DNA of 64,000 nt from a virus, in IMG/VR virus record IMGVR_UViG_3300023223_000599, positions 1 through 64,000 of that record; one strand, given 5' to 3'. Both the position numbers and the translations under genes were made by a program. This document shows positions 23,558-33,173 of the stretch, piece by piece. The stretch's first letter is position 1. Every line of letters starts with the position of its first letter. Under the pieces are notes generated by a model. That model did not search any database, was not told where the DNA came from, and saw only the letters and a program-made list of their open reading frames with translations.

Positions 23558-25939
23558 TTACAATTCTTGCTCAACACTTTCATCAAAATCAGCATCAATC
23601 GTTTCCCATTCAATTGGCCCAAATGCTTCAGCAAAGAAGGCGCGAGACATTTTAAGATCTGGGAAATAATGGAACCTTGTTCTTGTGAAGTTTTCTTGAA
23701 CACGCCGTGTTTGAATGCCTGGGCATATCTTTCTAAGAAACAAGCCCAAAGAAGTTTCGCATGCTCTCCTGGCCACGTTGAGGCGCTTAGTGTGATTTAT
23801 GTAATCATCAAGAATCATGTTTGATTCGCATCGTTCAAGCCATTGGTCGCTACTCTTGTCTTTTTCAAAGATTTGACCCTTTTGAAGCTTATTAAACCAC
23901 CACTCTTGCTCAACCGTCATTGATAGCATCTTTTGCTCCATCAATGCCTTTGTTTGTGGAACCTTGCGAACCTGAAATTCTGAGATGTCATAATTTAACA
24001 AATAGTGAAGCAATGCCTCTTGGCCGCCACTGTCCATCTGCTTCCTTATAGCGGCGAAATATGAAGAGTTTTGCTGTTGAGTGTCTTTGACATCAATCAC
24101 ACAGTAACGACGCTCATCGCCCCCTGCAGGCACCACGTGATCCTCGTTGCTGGCCATGATCAAGCTTATATAGTTCGGGCAAGCTTCAGCATCAATACCC
24201 TTGGCCTCAATGGTGAGCGTGGGCTCTGTAATCAACGCTTTCAGCACAGAAGCATTCTTTTTATCGTTGGCATAGAAAGCTTCATCAGCAAAAACACACA
24301 CAACATCCCTTAAATGACTGTTAAAGTTGCCAACAAGGTGTGAACTGTTCACAATTTGCATTCCGTGACGCCCAAACAGCTTCAAATACTCGTTAGCGAA
24401 CACGCCTTTTCCAACGCCTCGCTTGCCTTTTAAAACAAGGGCCACTTCACCGGGCCTATCTGGGAACTGAATGCCACGGGCAAGCCATGAAATCACATAA
24501 ATATAGATCTCTTCATCCCCACCACAAATATTTTTCTTAATGTGATCAAGATACAAAGAGCAATCACCCGCAATTGCCTGACAGCCAAAACCCTTCCAAA
24601 GATTGTAATGGCCGGGGGTATCAGCACCCGGTGAAAACACCAATGAATTGTATTGGCGGCGTAATTCGTGATTAATCCACCATTTGCCCACGGGCATCAT
24701 GATCGGCATCATCTTTGCATCCACACCAACTTGAATCTTCTTATTGCAATAACCTTGCGCAAAATCTTGAAAGCTCATTTTGGTGAACCGTGTCCGTTTC
24801 ATCGCTTGGTCATAAACTTCTTCAATTACACGGCATTTTCCGCCCATGTTCCTGATCACTGCAAATTGTTTGTTGAGTTTCTCAAGCCACGGGTCAATGA
24901 CGTGTTCCTTCGCCCTGGCAATCTGCCTTGTGGCGTACTTGTGGGCATTGGCACCCTTATCAATAACGCTTTCAGAAATTCCAAACTCTGGGTCAGTGAT
25001 AATTGAATACATTTTATCATCAGTGAATCCAGCCCTTGCCATTCCACATAAGGCATCAAAAAGCCACGCACTTCTTGAATCATCATCTTCTTTTCTTTCA
25101 TCAGGAAGACGGCCTTGAACAATAATAATCTTCGTTCGGTCACGCAAGTCAAGGTCATTGACATCATCAACACGCTCAATGTTTCCTGATATCTCGACAC
25201 TTACTGATGAAGGGGTTGAGATGCTTGTTTTGCCAACCTGTACTTCAGGCGCTTTTTGAAAAGCGTCTTCATCATAAGTCATACCCATATTCATCTTGTG
25301 AACTTCGGCTAATACAATCTTGCGGCCTTTTTTCCGCTTTTTTGCATCGGGAACATTCAATGTTCCAGGAAGACGGCACAACCTATCAATATTGTGGCAG
25401 TGGTCAGCCTGAAACACTGTTTCAAGCTGTTGGTTGTAGCGTTTGGCATCTTCAGCTAGTTCAAGCTTGCCATCAATTGGAATTGGATTATTGAGCTCCC
25501 AAAAGCCTTGATAACCACCACCTGAATAAATGATGATGGTGGGCTCTGGAATTCCTTCAGGCAGTTTGTCAGTCAAAAGCCCAAGACAACGCTGCTTCTC
25601 AGATTCTAAAAACGATTCTTTGAATTCTGTCGTGCTGTCTTCAGGCGGTGATTCTGGATCAATATCAATGTGAAAATAATTAACACTCTTAATATCGGTC
25701 CTGGCCGCCTTCTTGGTGACCTTGTGCTTGACTGGATTTATTTGAAAATAGAGGTTCCTTTGGCCATTATAAAGCTCAAGCCATTTTCGCATCTCCCCAA
25801 TTGTTGACTGGTAAAAAGTTCTAGTTTCGATTGCCTTTTTATCAGGCTGAATACACGTCAAACACCATGGGCCCTCTGCATAAATTGCTTCGAGGAATGA
25901 AAGTGATTGATCTATTGTGTCATTGTCGACATCATTCAC
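23558..25939 (-). CDS. primase-helicase: AEP (prim-pol/RepB'-like) primase fused to D5/P4-type SF3 helicase
   Basis: 793 aa. N-terminal motifs are NLYFQINPV, YFHIDIDPE (DxD), IIIYSGGGYQGFWEL and DRLCRLPGTLN. The central YNLWKGFG is VirE/D5-N-like. Walker A is LKGKRGVGKGVF and Walker B is VCVFADEA. Confidence 0.8.
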   Translation of the reverse strand: MNDVDNDTIDQSLSFLEAIYAEGPWCLTCIQPDKKAIETRTFYQSTIGEMRKWLELYNGQRNLYFQINPVKHKVTKKAARTDIKSVNYFHIDIDPESPPEDSTTEFKESFLESEKQRCLGLLTDKLPEGIPEPTIIIYSGGGYQGFWELNNPIPIDGKLELAEDAKRYNQQLETVFQADHCHNIDRLCRLPGTLNVPDAKKRKKGRKIVLAEVHKMNMGMTYDEDAFQKAPEVQVGKTSISTPSSVSVEISGNIERVDDVNDLDLRDRTKIIIVQGRLPDERKEDDDSRSAWLFDALCGMARAGFTDDKMYSIITDPEFGISESVIDKGANAHKYATRQIARAKEHVIDPWLEKLNKQFAVIRNMGGKCRVIEEVYDQAMKRTRFTKMSFQDFAQGYCNKKIQVGVDAKMMPIMMPVGKWWINHELRRQYNSLVFSPGADTPGHYNLWKGFGCQAIAGDCSLYLDHIKKNICGGDEEIYIYVISWLARGIQFPDRPGEVALVLKGKRGVGKGVFANEYLKLFGRHGMQIVNSSHLVGNFNSHLRDVVCVFADEAFYANDKKNASVLKALITEPTLTIEAKGIDAEACPNYISLIMASNEDHVVPAGGDERRYCVIDVKDTQQQNSSYFAAIRKQMDSGGQEALLHYLLNYDISEFQVRKVPQTKALMEQKMLSMTVEQEWWFNKLQKGQIFEKDKSSDQWLERCESNMILDDYINHTKRLNVARRACETSLGLFLRKICPGIQTRRVQENFTRTRFHYFPDLKMSRAFFAEAFGPIEWETIDADFDESVEQEL

Positions 25940-26288
25940 GACTTGCCCAATATTCAGTCAAGATTTCACATGGTTCTTTTGCAAGTTCCATCTTATTGAC
26001 CCAATAGCGGCAAACACCTAATTCGTTGGCGATTTCCTCTTGCTCTAAACATGCCCTTCTTCTCAAAATTGCGCATTTTTCAAAATCTTCTAATTTGTCA
26101 GAATAAACTTTTGGCATCCAAACGGGGAGTGAAACAATCTCTTTTGTGCCAAGTTCCCAAGATGAATAAGTGACTCTTGATACATGACACTTTCTAGACA
26201 TCTTTGCTTGCGTTAATCCTTTACGCCTTCTATAGATAAAAAGCTGTTCGGCTGCAGACAGTCGGCCAAGTTTTAATTTTACTCTCAT
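25932..26288 (-). CDS. HTH transcriptional regulator (XRE-like, two HTH-like segments)
   Basis: 118 aa with RRRKGLTQAKMSRKCHVSRVTYSSWELG and LEQEEIANELGVCRYWVNKME. Confidence 0.55.
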   Translation of the reverse strand: MRVKLKLGRLSAAEQLFIYRRRKGLTQAKMSRKCHVSRVTYSSWELGTKEIVSLPVWMPKVYSDKLEDFEKCAILRRRACLEQEEIANELGVCRYWVNKMELAKEPCEILTEYWASRE

Positions 26289-26578
26289 TAAGCCACCGCC
26301 AATTCAAGCTTGTCAGCAAGCCATTTCGGTATCTCAATATAATCAACAAAACTTGCTGAAATATCTGGATCTGGATTATCACGCAAATCATGAAGCGTTG
26401 GCAAATTCTTTGCTTCTTCAAGAATCATGTCGCCTCTCTTAGAGCAACACACCGTTCCAACCTGTGAGAATGGGATAACAACATCTTTGCCATCAGCATC
26501 TTGAAAGATGAATGATTTAGGACCTTTGTTTTTTAGTTTTGCTTCCAACACGCAAAACACCATTTCATCATTCGCCAT
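26288..26578 (-). CDS. hypothetical protein
   Basis: The track ORF is trimmed to ATG 26578 (MANDEMVF...). Confidence 0.5.
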   Translation of the reverse strand: MANDEMVFCVLEAKLKNKGPKSFIFQDADGKDVVIPFSQVGTVCCSKRGDMILEEAKNLPTLHDLRDNPDPDISASFVDYIEIPKWLADKLELAVA

Positions 26579-27101
26579 CTTTATTCGCTTTCTCAACATC
26601 TTCCCATGTTGTCACGTATTCCTGTAACTCTTCAGCAAGAGTTTGCATTGTGTGGGCCCTTGACCAAAAAGCACCGGCACCGTTAAGCATGGCACCCATT
26701 CTCATCAACCGATCCCTATCATCAGAATTAAAATCAAGATACGGAAACCAGAAAATCACACGGTTACCCCTGCCTTTATCAACAAGTTCACCATTTTCAT
26801 CTTCTTCCTTGAAGTGTTCAATGCAACGATGGTGATGTTCAATAATATCATCAAAATCATATCTATCTGTGTGATACTTTGAATTCACATAGAGAACAAC
26901 CGTATCAGGGTGAGTTAATAAAGCGGATTCAATAAGCAAGACTTCACTTTTTGCCCCCATTGCCCCCCTTGGGTATTTGTGCCAAAGGTTCTTCATTTCC
27001 CTTGATGGGTCATAGCATTTAATGTCCAAGATGTTCAACTCTCTTGCGAGTTTTTCCCGCCATGGTGAATCGTCAAAGCCTGCCAATAATAATTTCTTCA
27101 T
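26568..27101 (-). CDS. hypothetical protein (N-terminus faintly nucleoside 2-deoxyribosyltransferase-like)
   Basis: 177 aa. MKKLLLAGFDDSPWREKL...YDP resembles the K.YLAG...W start of that fold. This is a weak guess only. Confidence 0.55.
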   Translation of the reverse strand: MKKLLLAGFDDSPWREKLARELNILDIKCYDPSREMKNLWHKYPRGAMGAKSEVLLIESALLTHPDTVVLYVNSKYHTDRYDFDDIIEHHHRCIEHFKEEDENGELVDKGRGNRVIFWFPYLDFNSDDRDRLMRMGAMLNGAGAFWSRAHTMQTLAEELQEYVTTWEDVEKANKDGE

Positions 27102-27259
27102 TTGCTTTCCTTGTTAAAAATATCTCTACATGTTAAACATCCATTAAAGGATGAAAAGCCCAACAGCTTTAGGAACAATCTGACAATGAAATATGATTCT
27201 CTCATGGACGTATGACCACAAAGAGTTGTCTTTGAAGACTTCTTTTGCAAGTGGGTCAT
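27098..27259 (-). CDS. possible small protein
   Basis: The track ORF 27098..27301 is trimmed to ATG 27259, after the 27264 stop. Its stop forms an ATGA overlap with the next gene. Confidence 0.3.
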   Translation of the reverse strand: MTHLQKKSSKTTLCGHTSMRESYFIVRLFLKLLGFSSFNGCLTCRDIFNKESK

Positions 27260-27263
27260 TCCG

Positions 27264-27707
27264 TCAATTGTTACTGTCATTCTTAGATCCTCTAGTCTCA
27301 TAGTTCTCGTTTTCTAAGAAGCGAATTAATTCATCCCACTTCATACCCTTTGACCAATATTTAACGGTCAAATCAATGAGTTGTTCCCTTGTACACTTTC
27401 CAATGTTTTGAGCGGCGACATCTGCATAGAATAGAAGGTATTCTAAACGACATTGCAACAAAAGCCAACAATTACCTTTGCGAAATCCTCTTTTTCTGTG
27501 CCATAATCTTTGCTCTTTTGAATAGTGTTCAATGGTAATATTTGTATTAGATCTTACAGGCCAAGACCTTAACCATTTAAGTTCAATCCAACCTTCAATG
27601 TAATTAACATCCGGTGTTCCTGGGCATGCAGGATTTTCAACAGACACGGCATCCAATTTCTTAAGCTTAGATGTTAGTTTTCCTCTTAAATCTGATTCAC
27701 TCATCAT
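27264..27707 (-). CDS. VRR-NUC family nuclease
   Basis: ENPACPGTPDVNYIEGWIELKW fits the G.PD...(E).K PD-(D/E)XK core of VRR-NUC. 147 aa. Confidence 0.55.
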   Translation of the reverse strand: MMSESDLRGKLTSKLKKLDAVSVENPACPGTPDVNYIEGWIELKWLRSWPVRSNTNITIEHYSKEQRLWHRKRGFRKGNCWLLLQCRLEYLLFYADVAAQNIGKCTREQLIDLTVKYWSKGMKWDELIRFLENENYETRGSKNDSNN

Positions 27708-28032
27708 TAGCCCAATCAGCCATTGTTTTATCTGGAATGCCTTCTATGAGGAATAGGGCACTATAAGGGGCAAACAATTTGTCAACTTCATTTATCTTCG
27801 CATATGGATCAACAATGTTATTTAAACACTCAATTTTAGAATCCTTGTCAACAGCGCATTCTTTATTCACTGGAAGAATTTCAACATATGATTTCATAAC
27901 ATGGTATTGACGACAATCACGACATTTAATAATTCCTACATTAGGGTGTATTCTTTTAGGAATTGGACTATTTGCCATAGTCTCCATTGCTTTAATAAAT
28001 TTTTCAGCGCTTATCATGTCGTTATTACTCAT
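27697..28032 (-). CDS. hypothetical protein
   Basis: 111-aa ORF. Confidence 0.6.
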   Translation of the reverse strand: MSNNDMISAEKFIKAMETMANSPIPKRIHPNVGIIKCRDCRQYHVMKSYVEILPVNKECAVDKDSKIECLNNIVDPYAKINEVDKLFAPYSALFLIEGIPDKTMADWANDE

Positions 28033-28390
28033 GATACATCCTAAACACAGCGTCAGAAACTTTTATTGAATTCTTAAGATCTTTATAGTTTTTTTTAAGC
28101 TGTTTAATCGTATCTTTATGAATCTTGATTTTCCTTTTCAATTTTGAATAATCACACCCATCAAAGAATATGCATTGTTGCACTGTAATTATTCGCCTCA
28201 TCCAAATAATATCATCTGACATCTTCATCTGATCAAGCCAATCAATCGCCCTCATGTTACTTTTTTTATTATTACAATCACGGCAACACTTAACCTTATT
28301 ATGCGGATGGTTACAGCCACCTTTTGATATGGCGATAAAGTGATCTGTTGTGGCATCCTTCATGGGCTCACGGCAATAAGTGCAAATCAC
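28025..28390 (-). CDS. HNH endonuclease
   Basis: CTYCREPMKDATTDHFIAISKGGCNHPHNKVKCCRDCNNKKSN is a classical C..C...DH...GG...N...C..CN..K pattern. Confidence 0.75.
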   Translation of the reverse strand: MICTYCREPMKDATTDHFIAISKGGCNHPHNKVKCCRDCNNKKSNMRAIDWLDQMKMSDDIIWMRRIITVQQCIFFDGCDYSKLKRKIKIHKDTIKQLKKNYKDLKNSIKVSDAVFRMYHE

Positions 28391-29019
28391 CCGTGTTCAA
28401 CTTTAATCAATTCCAACTCACCACCATGAACATAAACAGGTGAGCCGCAATTAGTATCAAACTTGCAAGAGGCTTCAGCGCCCATCTGAGCAATCTCTTT
28501 TGCGTTTCTACCATTCTCAAAACTGTCATCCATTGCAACCTCCATTGCACCAAGAGCGTATTCATCACCGCTACCAATGGCCCAGAACTTTTCATGTTCG
28601 TACACGTCACGATGTTCCCCCACACTCCAGATTCCGTATTTATTCGCTATCATGTAAGTGAATTGCCCACACTCAGTTGGTTGATCCGTGTTCTGCGATT
28701 GAGTTGTTAAGTGATAGTTTGCTTTTAAAACGACATGGACAGTGTTAGAAAATTCCATGACATCAGACCACGATTTAAGACATAGATTTTTTATTAAATC
28801 CGGCAATCCTTGAATTGTTTTTCTATTTTCCATAAGATGTCTGAAAGCATCACAAGAGGCCGCCCAACTGCCACAAGCAAAATAATTGCCATCGGCCTCA
28901 ATAATCTTAGATGCATATCTATTATGAGAATCACCAAGTCTTGTTGGGCCAAAAGTAGTTTGGCTATCAGTGGCAATTGCAAAATGATCATCAAATTTAA
29001 CAGCGGTAATTATTGTCAT
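28387..29019 (-). CDS. Ntn hydrolase, HslV/proteasome beta-subunit-like
   Basis: M-TIITAVKFDDHFAIATDSQTTFG puts the Thr nucleophile right after Met. WAIGSGDEYALGAMEVAM parallels the HslV GSGG.YA motif. 210 aa. Confidence 0.6.
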   Translation of the reverse strand: MTIITAVKFDDHFAIATDSQTTFGPTRLGDSHNRYASKIIEADGNYFACGSWAASCDAFRHLMENRKTIQGLPDLIKNLCLKSWSDVMEFSNTVHVVLKANYHLTTQSQNTDQPTECGQFTYMIANKYGIWSVGEHRDVYEHEKFWAIGSGDEYALGAMEVAMDDSFENGRNAKEIAQMGAEASCKFDTNCGSPVYVHGGELELIKVEHG

Positions 29020-29639
29020 GATGTTTGTTCTTTCTGTTTTAGTTTTGATTCAAGAAGTGAAAGCATTTCATTTAATCTAATTATAGTGGCATCTGACACG
29101 TTTCTATTCTCTTCAAAAATCATCAATCTTCTTGCTGATTCATAGCAAATAGCTTCAACTTTTGAATTCATCCTGTCGCCAATCCCCCTTAGATTGTGGG
29201 CTAGATTTGAAGTTTCTCTTTTTTTAGCAACCATATATTCTTCTGTTTGTGGCTGTTGATCAATCGTGCCACCGTGTGACAATGCTTTTCCGGTTAATTT
29301 TTCAATCACTTTTTCCGATTGTTTTTTATCGTCAATCGTTATGAATGATTCACATTTTCCACAAAATATAGTGACTTCATTATCAGTCTCTTTGGTAGGA
29401 TCAACACCCATTGTCAATCTTTCATAAGGATGGGAACAGGGTTTGTTTTTAACAGCTAATTTTTGCTGATCGTTTAATAAGTAGGCCATGATTTCAGCTT
29501 CATAGCGCACTTCATAATTATCCATGATGCAATCAACATGAACAAAGGTGTCAAACTCTGAATCAAACACAAGGTTATCATCTTGCACCTGACAGAACCA
29601 ACATCCACCGCTGGCTGGCGTTGTTTTATTTTTTTCCAC
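29016..29639 (-). CDS. hypothetical protein with N-terminal Cys cluster and C-terminal coiled coil
   Basis: 207 aa, GTG start. Contains CWFC...H.DC and C...CGKC. Confidence 0.6.
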   Translation of the reverse strand: MEKNKTTPASGGCWFCQVQDDNLVFDSEFDTFVHVDCIMDNYEVRYEAEIMAYLLNDQQKLAVKNKPCSHPYERLTMGVDPTKETDNEVTIFCGKCESFITIDDKKQSEKVIEKLTGKALSHGGTIDQQPQTEEYMVAKKRETSNLAHNLRGIGDRMNSKVEAICYESARRLMIFEENRNVSDATIIRLNEMLSLLESKLKQKEQTS

Positions 29640-29865
29640 AAAATACCTTTACATTTTTCAATAAGTTAAATAAAGATTTAAAAAATCCACACTCTGACCA
29701 AATAGGATTCAATGCGTTCACTGTGTGTTTTGTTCCGACTTTATCAATCAAATAAGCTTTATCAAATACAATACTGATTAATTTATACTTTTTACCATTC
29801 GGAACGCATTTAATTGAAACCCGTGGGCCTGTCCAAATTTCTTTGAGTGATTGCGGGTCTTTCAT
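29626..29865 (-). CDS. hypothetical protein
   Basis: 79 aa, the first gene after a promoter. Leader is AGAAAAGAGAGAATAATG. Confidence 0.55.
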   Translation of the reverse strand: MKDPQSLKEIWTGPRVSIKCVPNGKKYKLISIVFDKAYLIDKVGTKHTVNALNPIWSECGFFKSLFNLLKNVKVFCGKK

Positions 29866-29887
29866 TATTCTCTCTTTTCTGCTTAAT

Positions 29888-29916
29888 ATTATATTCTGCG
29901 TGTTGTCTTTTGTCTA
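29888..29916 (-). promoter_or_regulatory. sigma70-like promoter candidate
   Basis: Coding strand reads TAGACA-(17 nt)-TATAAT in TAGACAAAAGACAAC. It overlaps the 3' end of the upstream gene. Confidence 0.55.
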
Positions 29917-30158
29917 CATCTATGTCCTGAAGATCTTAATTTAATGTATGTTTTTCTGAAATATTCAGTTGTTTTACAAACATTTGATTCACAAATGATG
30001 TCAACTTCATTTGGGTACATTTCAACATTCGCAACACCGTCACCATTGGCACATACTTCATAGCTTATTTTTCTTATACTTGGAATAATATCACCTGTTT
30101 GAGCATCAGTTATTTTTGTGCCCATGACATGGCCGTTGCTTTCGATTCTAATCATCAT
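29889..30158 (-). CDS. hypothetical protein
   Basis: The track ORF is trimmed to ATG 30158 (ATGA overlap; MMIRIESNGH...). Confidence 0.5.
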   Translation of the reverse strand: MMIRIESNGHVMGTKITDAQTGDIIPSIRKISYEVCANGDGVANVEMYPNEVDIICESNVCKTTEYFRKTYIKLRSSGHRCRQKTTRRI

Positions 30159-30559
30159 GTTTTCAAACGTCCTTGTTGATATCGCCTCACAAAATCTTGG
30201 CAAGGCGTGGGCATTTTATCCCAGTTTGTTTTTAGAATGTTTTCAATGCTTTCAATTTCTTCCTTGACAAGCGTGTTTCCAACTTGCAATTCATCATAAT
30301 GTGCAATGTGAACACAGATATAATAAATAGATGTCAACCATGGAGTTGCGCTAAAATCATCTAAGATAGCATAGTCATCTGAATGAGCCCAAAGGCACCA
30401 CTCGATCATCTCTTTTGGTGGATCTGGATGGAGAATCATTAACAAAGTAACCATTGAATAACCGTGTTTGGCCTTAGTATATTCTTTTATTTGTGGCAAT
30501 TTATAAAACATACGCTCTTCACCGTATTCACGGTAATATTTTATTTTATCAATGTTCAT
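30155..30559 (-). CDS. hypothetical protein
   Basis: 134-aa ORF with ATGA overlap. Confidence 0.6.
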   Translation of the reverse strand: MNIDKIKYYREYGEERMFYKLPQIKEYTKAKHGYSMVTLLMILHPDPPKEMIEWCLWAHSDDYAILDDFSATPWLTSIYYICVHIAHYDELQVGNTLVKEEIESIENILKTNWDKMPTPCQDFVRRYQQGRLKT

Positions 30560-30789
30560 GATTTATCATTCATTCTCTCTCTCATGTTTATATATTTTTG
30601 AAGCATTAATTCATTTTCCATGATGCCCACAACTTCATCATTCGTGCCCTTGAAAATAACAGACTTTCTTTGTCCTTTTTCATTTGAAAACGTCAATATA
30701 ATCACGCCACGAATTGACCTCTTAAGAAGCTCTAATTCAAGTTCTTCATTTGTATAACCACTAAGGCCAAGGGGTGTTCCATCTTCCAC
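30556..30789 (-). CDS. hypothetical protein
   Basis: 77 aa, GTG start 3 nt after the upstream stop. Confidence 0.5.
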   Translation of the reverse strand: MEDGTPLGLSGYTNEELELELLKRSIRGVIILTFSNEKGQRKSVIFKGTNDEVVGIMENELMLQKYINMRERMNDKS

Positions 30790-30792
30790 TAT

Positions 30793-31296
30793 TTATTTTA
30801 TAGGACCGATTGGGGTGCCAATTTTATTTGCCAATCTGTTATCTTCCTCAAGTTGAACCAGTCGGGCAAAGCGTTCACCAGCTTGAGCTTTTTTAAATGT
30901 CATGTTGTGATTTACCGGCATCAATGTTAGATGCTTGTTTTTAATGCCCACAAGCTTCATTGTGACTTTCCCAATAGGGAATTCAATGCCCAAGGGGATC
31001 ACGTATTGAGCGCGTACAACATCCCAATCAACGTTTTCAGCGAATCCTTCAAGACTTTTGCCGTTGTTCACATTCGCCATCACTGACTTTGAAATCTGGC
31101 TGTATTCCTTCCAATGGCGCTCACAAGCTTGGGCCTGCTCAAAGCGTGGTTCATGACACATCACAACGCAACAAGCTTCAACAGCTTCTTTCATTCCAGG
31201 CTCATCTTTTGTTTCTATACCACTTGGCTTTTCATCCATTAGATTTCCAATCATTGCTTCATGCTGTTCATTTGTCACTGGTTGATCGTTGTTCAT
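30793..31296 (-). CDS. hypothetical protein
   Basis: 167-aa ORF. Confidence 0.6.
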   Translation of the reverse strand: MNNDQPVTNEQHEAMIGNLMDEKPSGIETKDEPGMKEAVEACCVVMCHEPRFEQAQACERHWKEYSQISKSVMANVNNGKSLEGFAENVDWDVVRAQYVIPLGIEFPIGKVTMKLVGIKNKHLTLMPVNHNMTFKKAQAGERFARLVQLEEDNRLANKIGTPIGPIK

Positions 31297-31490
31297 TGCG
31301 ATTCCCTACCTTTTCTTATCTCGTTTAATTTTTTAATAGCATAATCAATCTGACCATCATCCCAACCCGTATGCTCAAACACTTCTGCAATGACATCGTC
31401 AACAGCACAAAGGCAGCAATAAGAATCACTGTAATCTATTGTGATATGTGGGTGGGTGTCGCACTGAAAAGCCCCCGTGTCGTCGTTCAC
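31293..31490 (-). CDS. hypothetical acidic protein
   Basis: 65 aa, GTG start sharing one base with the upstream TAG. Confidence 0.5.
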   Translation of the reverse strand: MNDDTGAFQCDTHPHITIDYSDSYCCLCAVDDVIAEVFEHTGWDDGQIDYAIKKLNEIRKGRESQ

Positions 31491-31966
31491 TATAATTCCT
31501 TTATATTTCTTAAGTGATGTCTGTATGCCAAGTTCTTGAACACTCTAAAAAACTCTTTGTCATCAAGCCTTCTTGGTGATAAGAGCCTTGGCGCTTTCCT
31601 AATCTCTTCAAAAACAACCCTGCCCGATAGGTCAATCTCATACTCAATAAGCCCACAATAAAGAGGAACTTCTTCACGTTTGACAATTCCCTTTATAAGA
31701 ACGAATGTGAATGTTGCAAGGCCTGAACGCCCGTTTTCGATCTTCTTATGCTTCATCCCATGGTTCTTATGGAAATCTGCAAGATAATCTTTTCGAGTGC
31801 ATTTTATTTCATATTCGTGGACGTGCCTTACTGGTGTTATTCTGGCAAAATCACATTCTTTGAATGTGTCATAAACATAACAATGCTCAAGGCAGATATT
31901 TTGACTTTTAAGTTTGTTGTATTTTAAGCTGAGCGCGTGTGATACATTGTGGGCTATTGTTTTCAT
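31490..31966 (-). CDS. PD-(D/E)XK nuclease-like protein (MmcB-like, tentative)
   Basis: 158 aa. CDFARITPVRHVHEYEIKCTRKDYLADF contains a D...E.K arrangement. Confidence 0.35.
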   Translation of the reverse strand: MKTIAHNVSHALSLKYNKLKSQNICLEHCYVYDTFKECDFARITPVRHVHEYEIKCTRKDYLADFHKNHGMKHKKIENGRSGLATFTFVLIKGIVKREEVPLYCGLIEYEIDLSGRVVFEEIRKAPRLLSPRRLDDKEFFRVFKNLAYRHHLRNIKEL

Positions 31967-32184
31967 ACATTATCCCATCTAATTTTTATTTGTTCGCTTA
32001 GATACTCTTTTTGATCACCTGTCAAATTGTCAATAAACAAATCAATTGAACAAGATTGACAGCCATCGTTTTCATCATAAAATTGATCATGATCATCACA
32101 TTTTTGTGGACATGGAGAACAGGCAAGGCCGCTTCCATTATCTAGGCCGCAATTAGGGCACGAATCATTTTCAGGTTGTGACAT
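31963..32184 (-). CDS. Cys-rich acidic mini-protein
   Basis: The track ORF is trimmed to ATG 32184 (MSQPENDSCPNCG...), preceded by AGAAAGAGAGAACTATT. Confidence 0.55.
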   Translation of the reverse strand: MSQPENDSCPNCGLDNGSGLACSPCPQKCDDHDQFYDENDGCQSCSIDLFIDNLTGDQKEYLSEQIKIRWDNV

Positions 32185-32208
32185 AATAGTTCTCTCTTTC
32201 TGAAAACC

Positions 32209-32237
32209 ATTATGCAAAACTGTCATACAAAAGACAA
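32209..32237 (-). promoter_or_regulatory. sigma70-like promoter candidate
   Basis: Coding strand reads TTGTCT-(17 nt)-CATAAT in CTTGTCTTTTGTATG. Confidence 0.5.
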
Positions 32238-32262
32238 GCTTTAACTTTGTTAAATTAGATTT

Positions 32263-32697
32263 TTAAGTTGCGGTTGTACATGCCTGTTTGACATCTTGCC
32301 AAAGTGTCGGGCTCTTAAGAATAAACTGTGCGCCCATAGATTCAACACGTTGCATTTCATGTTCACTAATTTTTGCGGCTGATACAAATATTAATTTATC
32401 CGCACGATCTTTCAAATTCATTTTTTCAGCAAGAGAAATACCCGTGATATCAGGCATACGGACATCAATGATCAATCTTGACTTTCCGTTTTCACGCAAG
32501 ATGACATTTAAATATTTTGTATCGGTTAATGTTTTAATGTTGACATCGGGGCCCGCTGATCGTTCTAGAATTTTGAGCCAATCCTTGTCATCGTCAATAA
32601 ACAAATATAATTCTGCCGGCTTACAACCCAAACTCTCCATGTCGGTTTGGATATCATTCATTAGATCACGAACTTCTTGCCTCATTTGCTTAATCAA
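32263..32697 (-). CDS. stand-alone response-regulator receiver (CheY-like REC) domain protein
   Basis: All REC landmarks are present: LYLFIDDD (acidic pair), RLIIDVRMPDITG (phospho-acceptor Asp followed by MP...G), KLIFVSA (Ser/Thr) and AQFILKSP (Lys). There is no output domain. TTG start; an alternative ATG lies at 32685. Confidence 0.7.
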   Translation of the reverse strand: MIKQMRQEVRDLMNDIQTDMESLGCKPAELYLFIDDDKDWLKILERSAGPDVNIKTLTDTKYLNVILRENGKSRLIIDVRMPDITGISLAEKMNLKDRADKLIFVSAAKISEHEMQRVESMGAQFILKSPTLWQDVKQACTTAT

Positions 32698-33101
32698 CCT
32701 CCACCTTTTATATAGGTTACCACTATAGCGGTGATTATGGAAACAACAAGGGAAACGATTACAGCATTTTTTGCAACCTTCAAATGAATGGCATTAACTT
32801 TGTCATCAATTTTCATCATTTTGTCATCAACTTTTGTCATCTTGTCGTCAATATGACTGTATAAGTCGCTATCTCCCTTTACCCTCTTTGATTCAAGTGT
32901 TTCTTTCAAGTCATCAAGGTCTTTCCCAACCTCCTTTTCAAAGGCTCTAAAGGCCTTTTCAAGGTCTGTTTCTGTCACTTTATTTGAAAGCTTTTCTTCA
33001 CTCACCGCAATTTCAGTGAATAGTTTTGACAATCTGTCATTAATTTTAGTCAACAACTCGTTGACGGCATCTGTCACCTCACCCAATTTTAAGCCTTCCA
33101 T
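32694..33101 (-). CDS. tail-anchored coiled-coil membrane protein
   Basis: 135 aa with the repeat DDKMTKVDDKMMKIDDKVN and the C-terminal TM segment AVIVSLVVSIITAIVVTYI. Its stop overlaps the REC gene start. Confidence 0.6.
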   Translation of the reverse strand: MEGLKLGEVTDAVNELLTKINDRLSKLFTEIAVSEEKLSNKVTETDLEKAFRAFEKEVGKDLDDLKETLESKRVKGDSDLYSHIDDKMTKVDDKMMKIDDKVNAIHLKVAKNAVIVSLVVSIITAIVVTYIKGGG

Positions 33102-33173
33102 TAAGATGACTTATTGTAATAAAAGATGACACTATAAACCATGATAGCCTACCCCAAAAATGAATGCAGTTAT

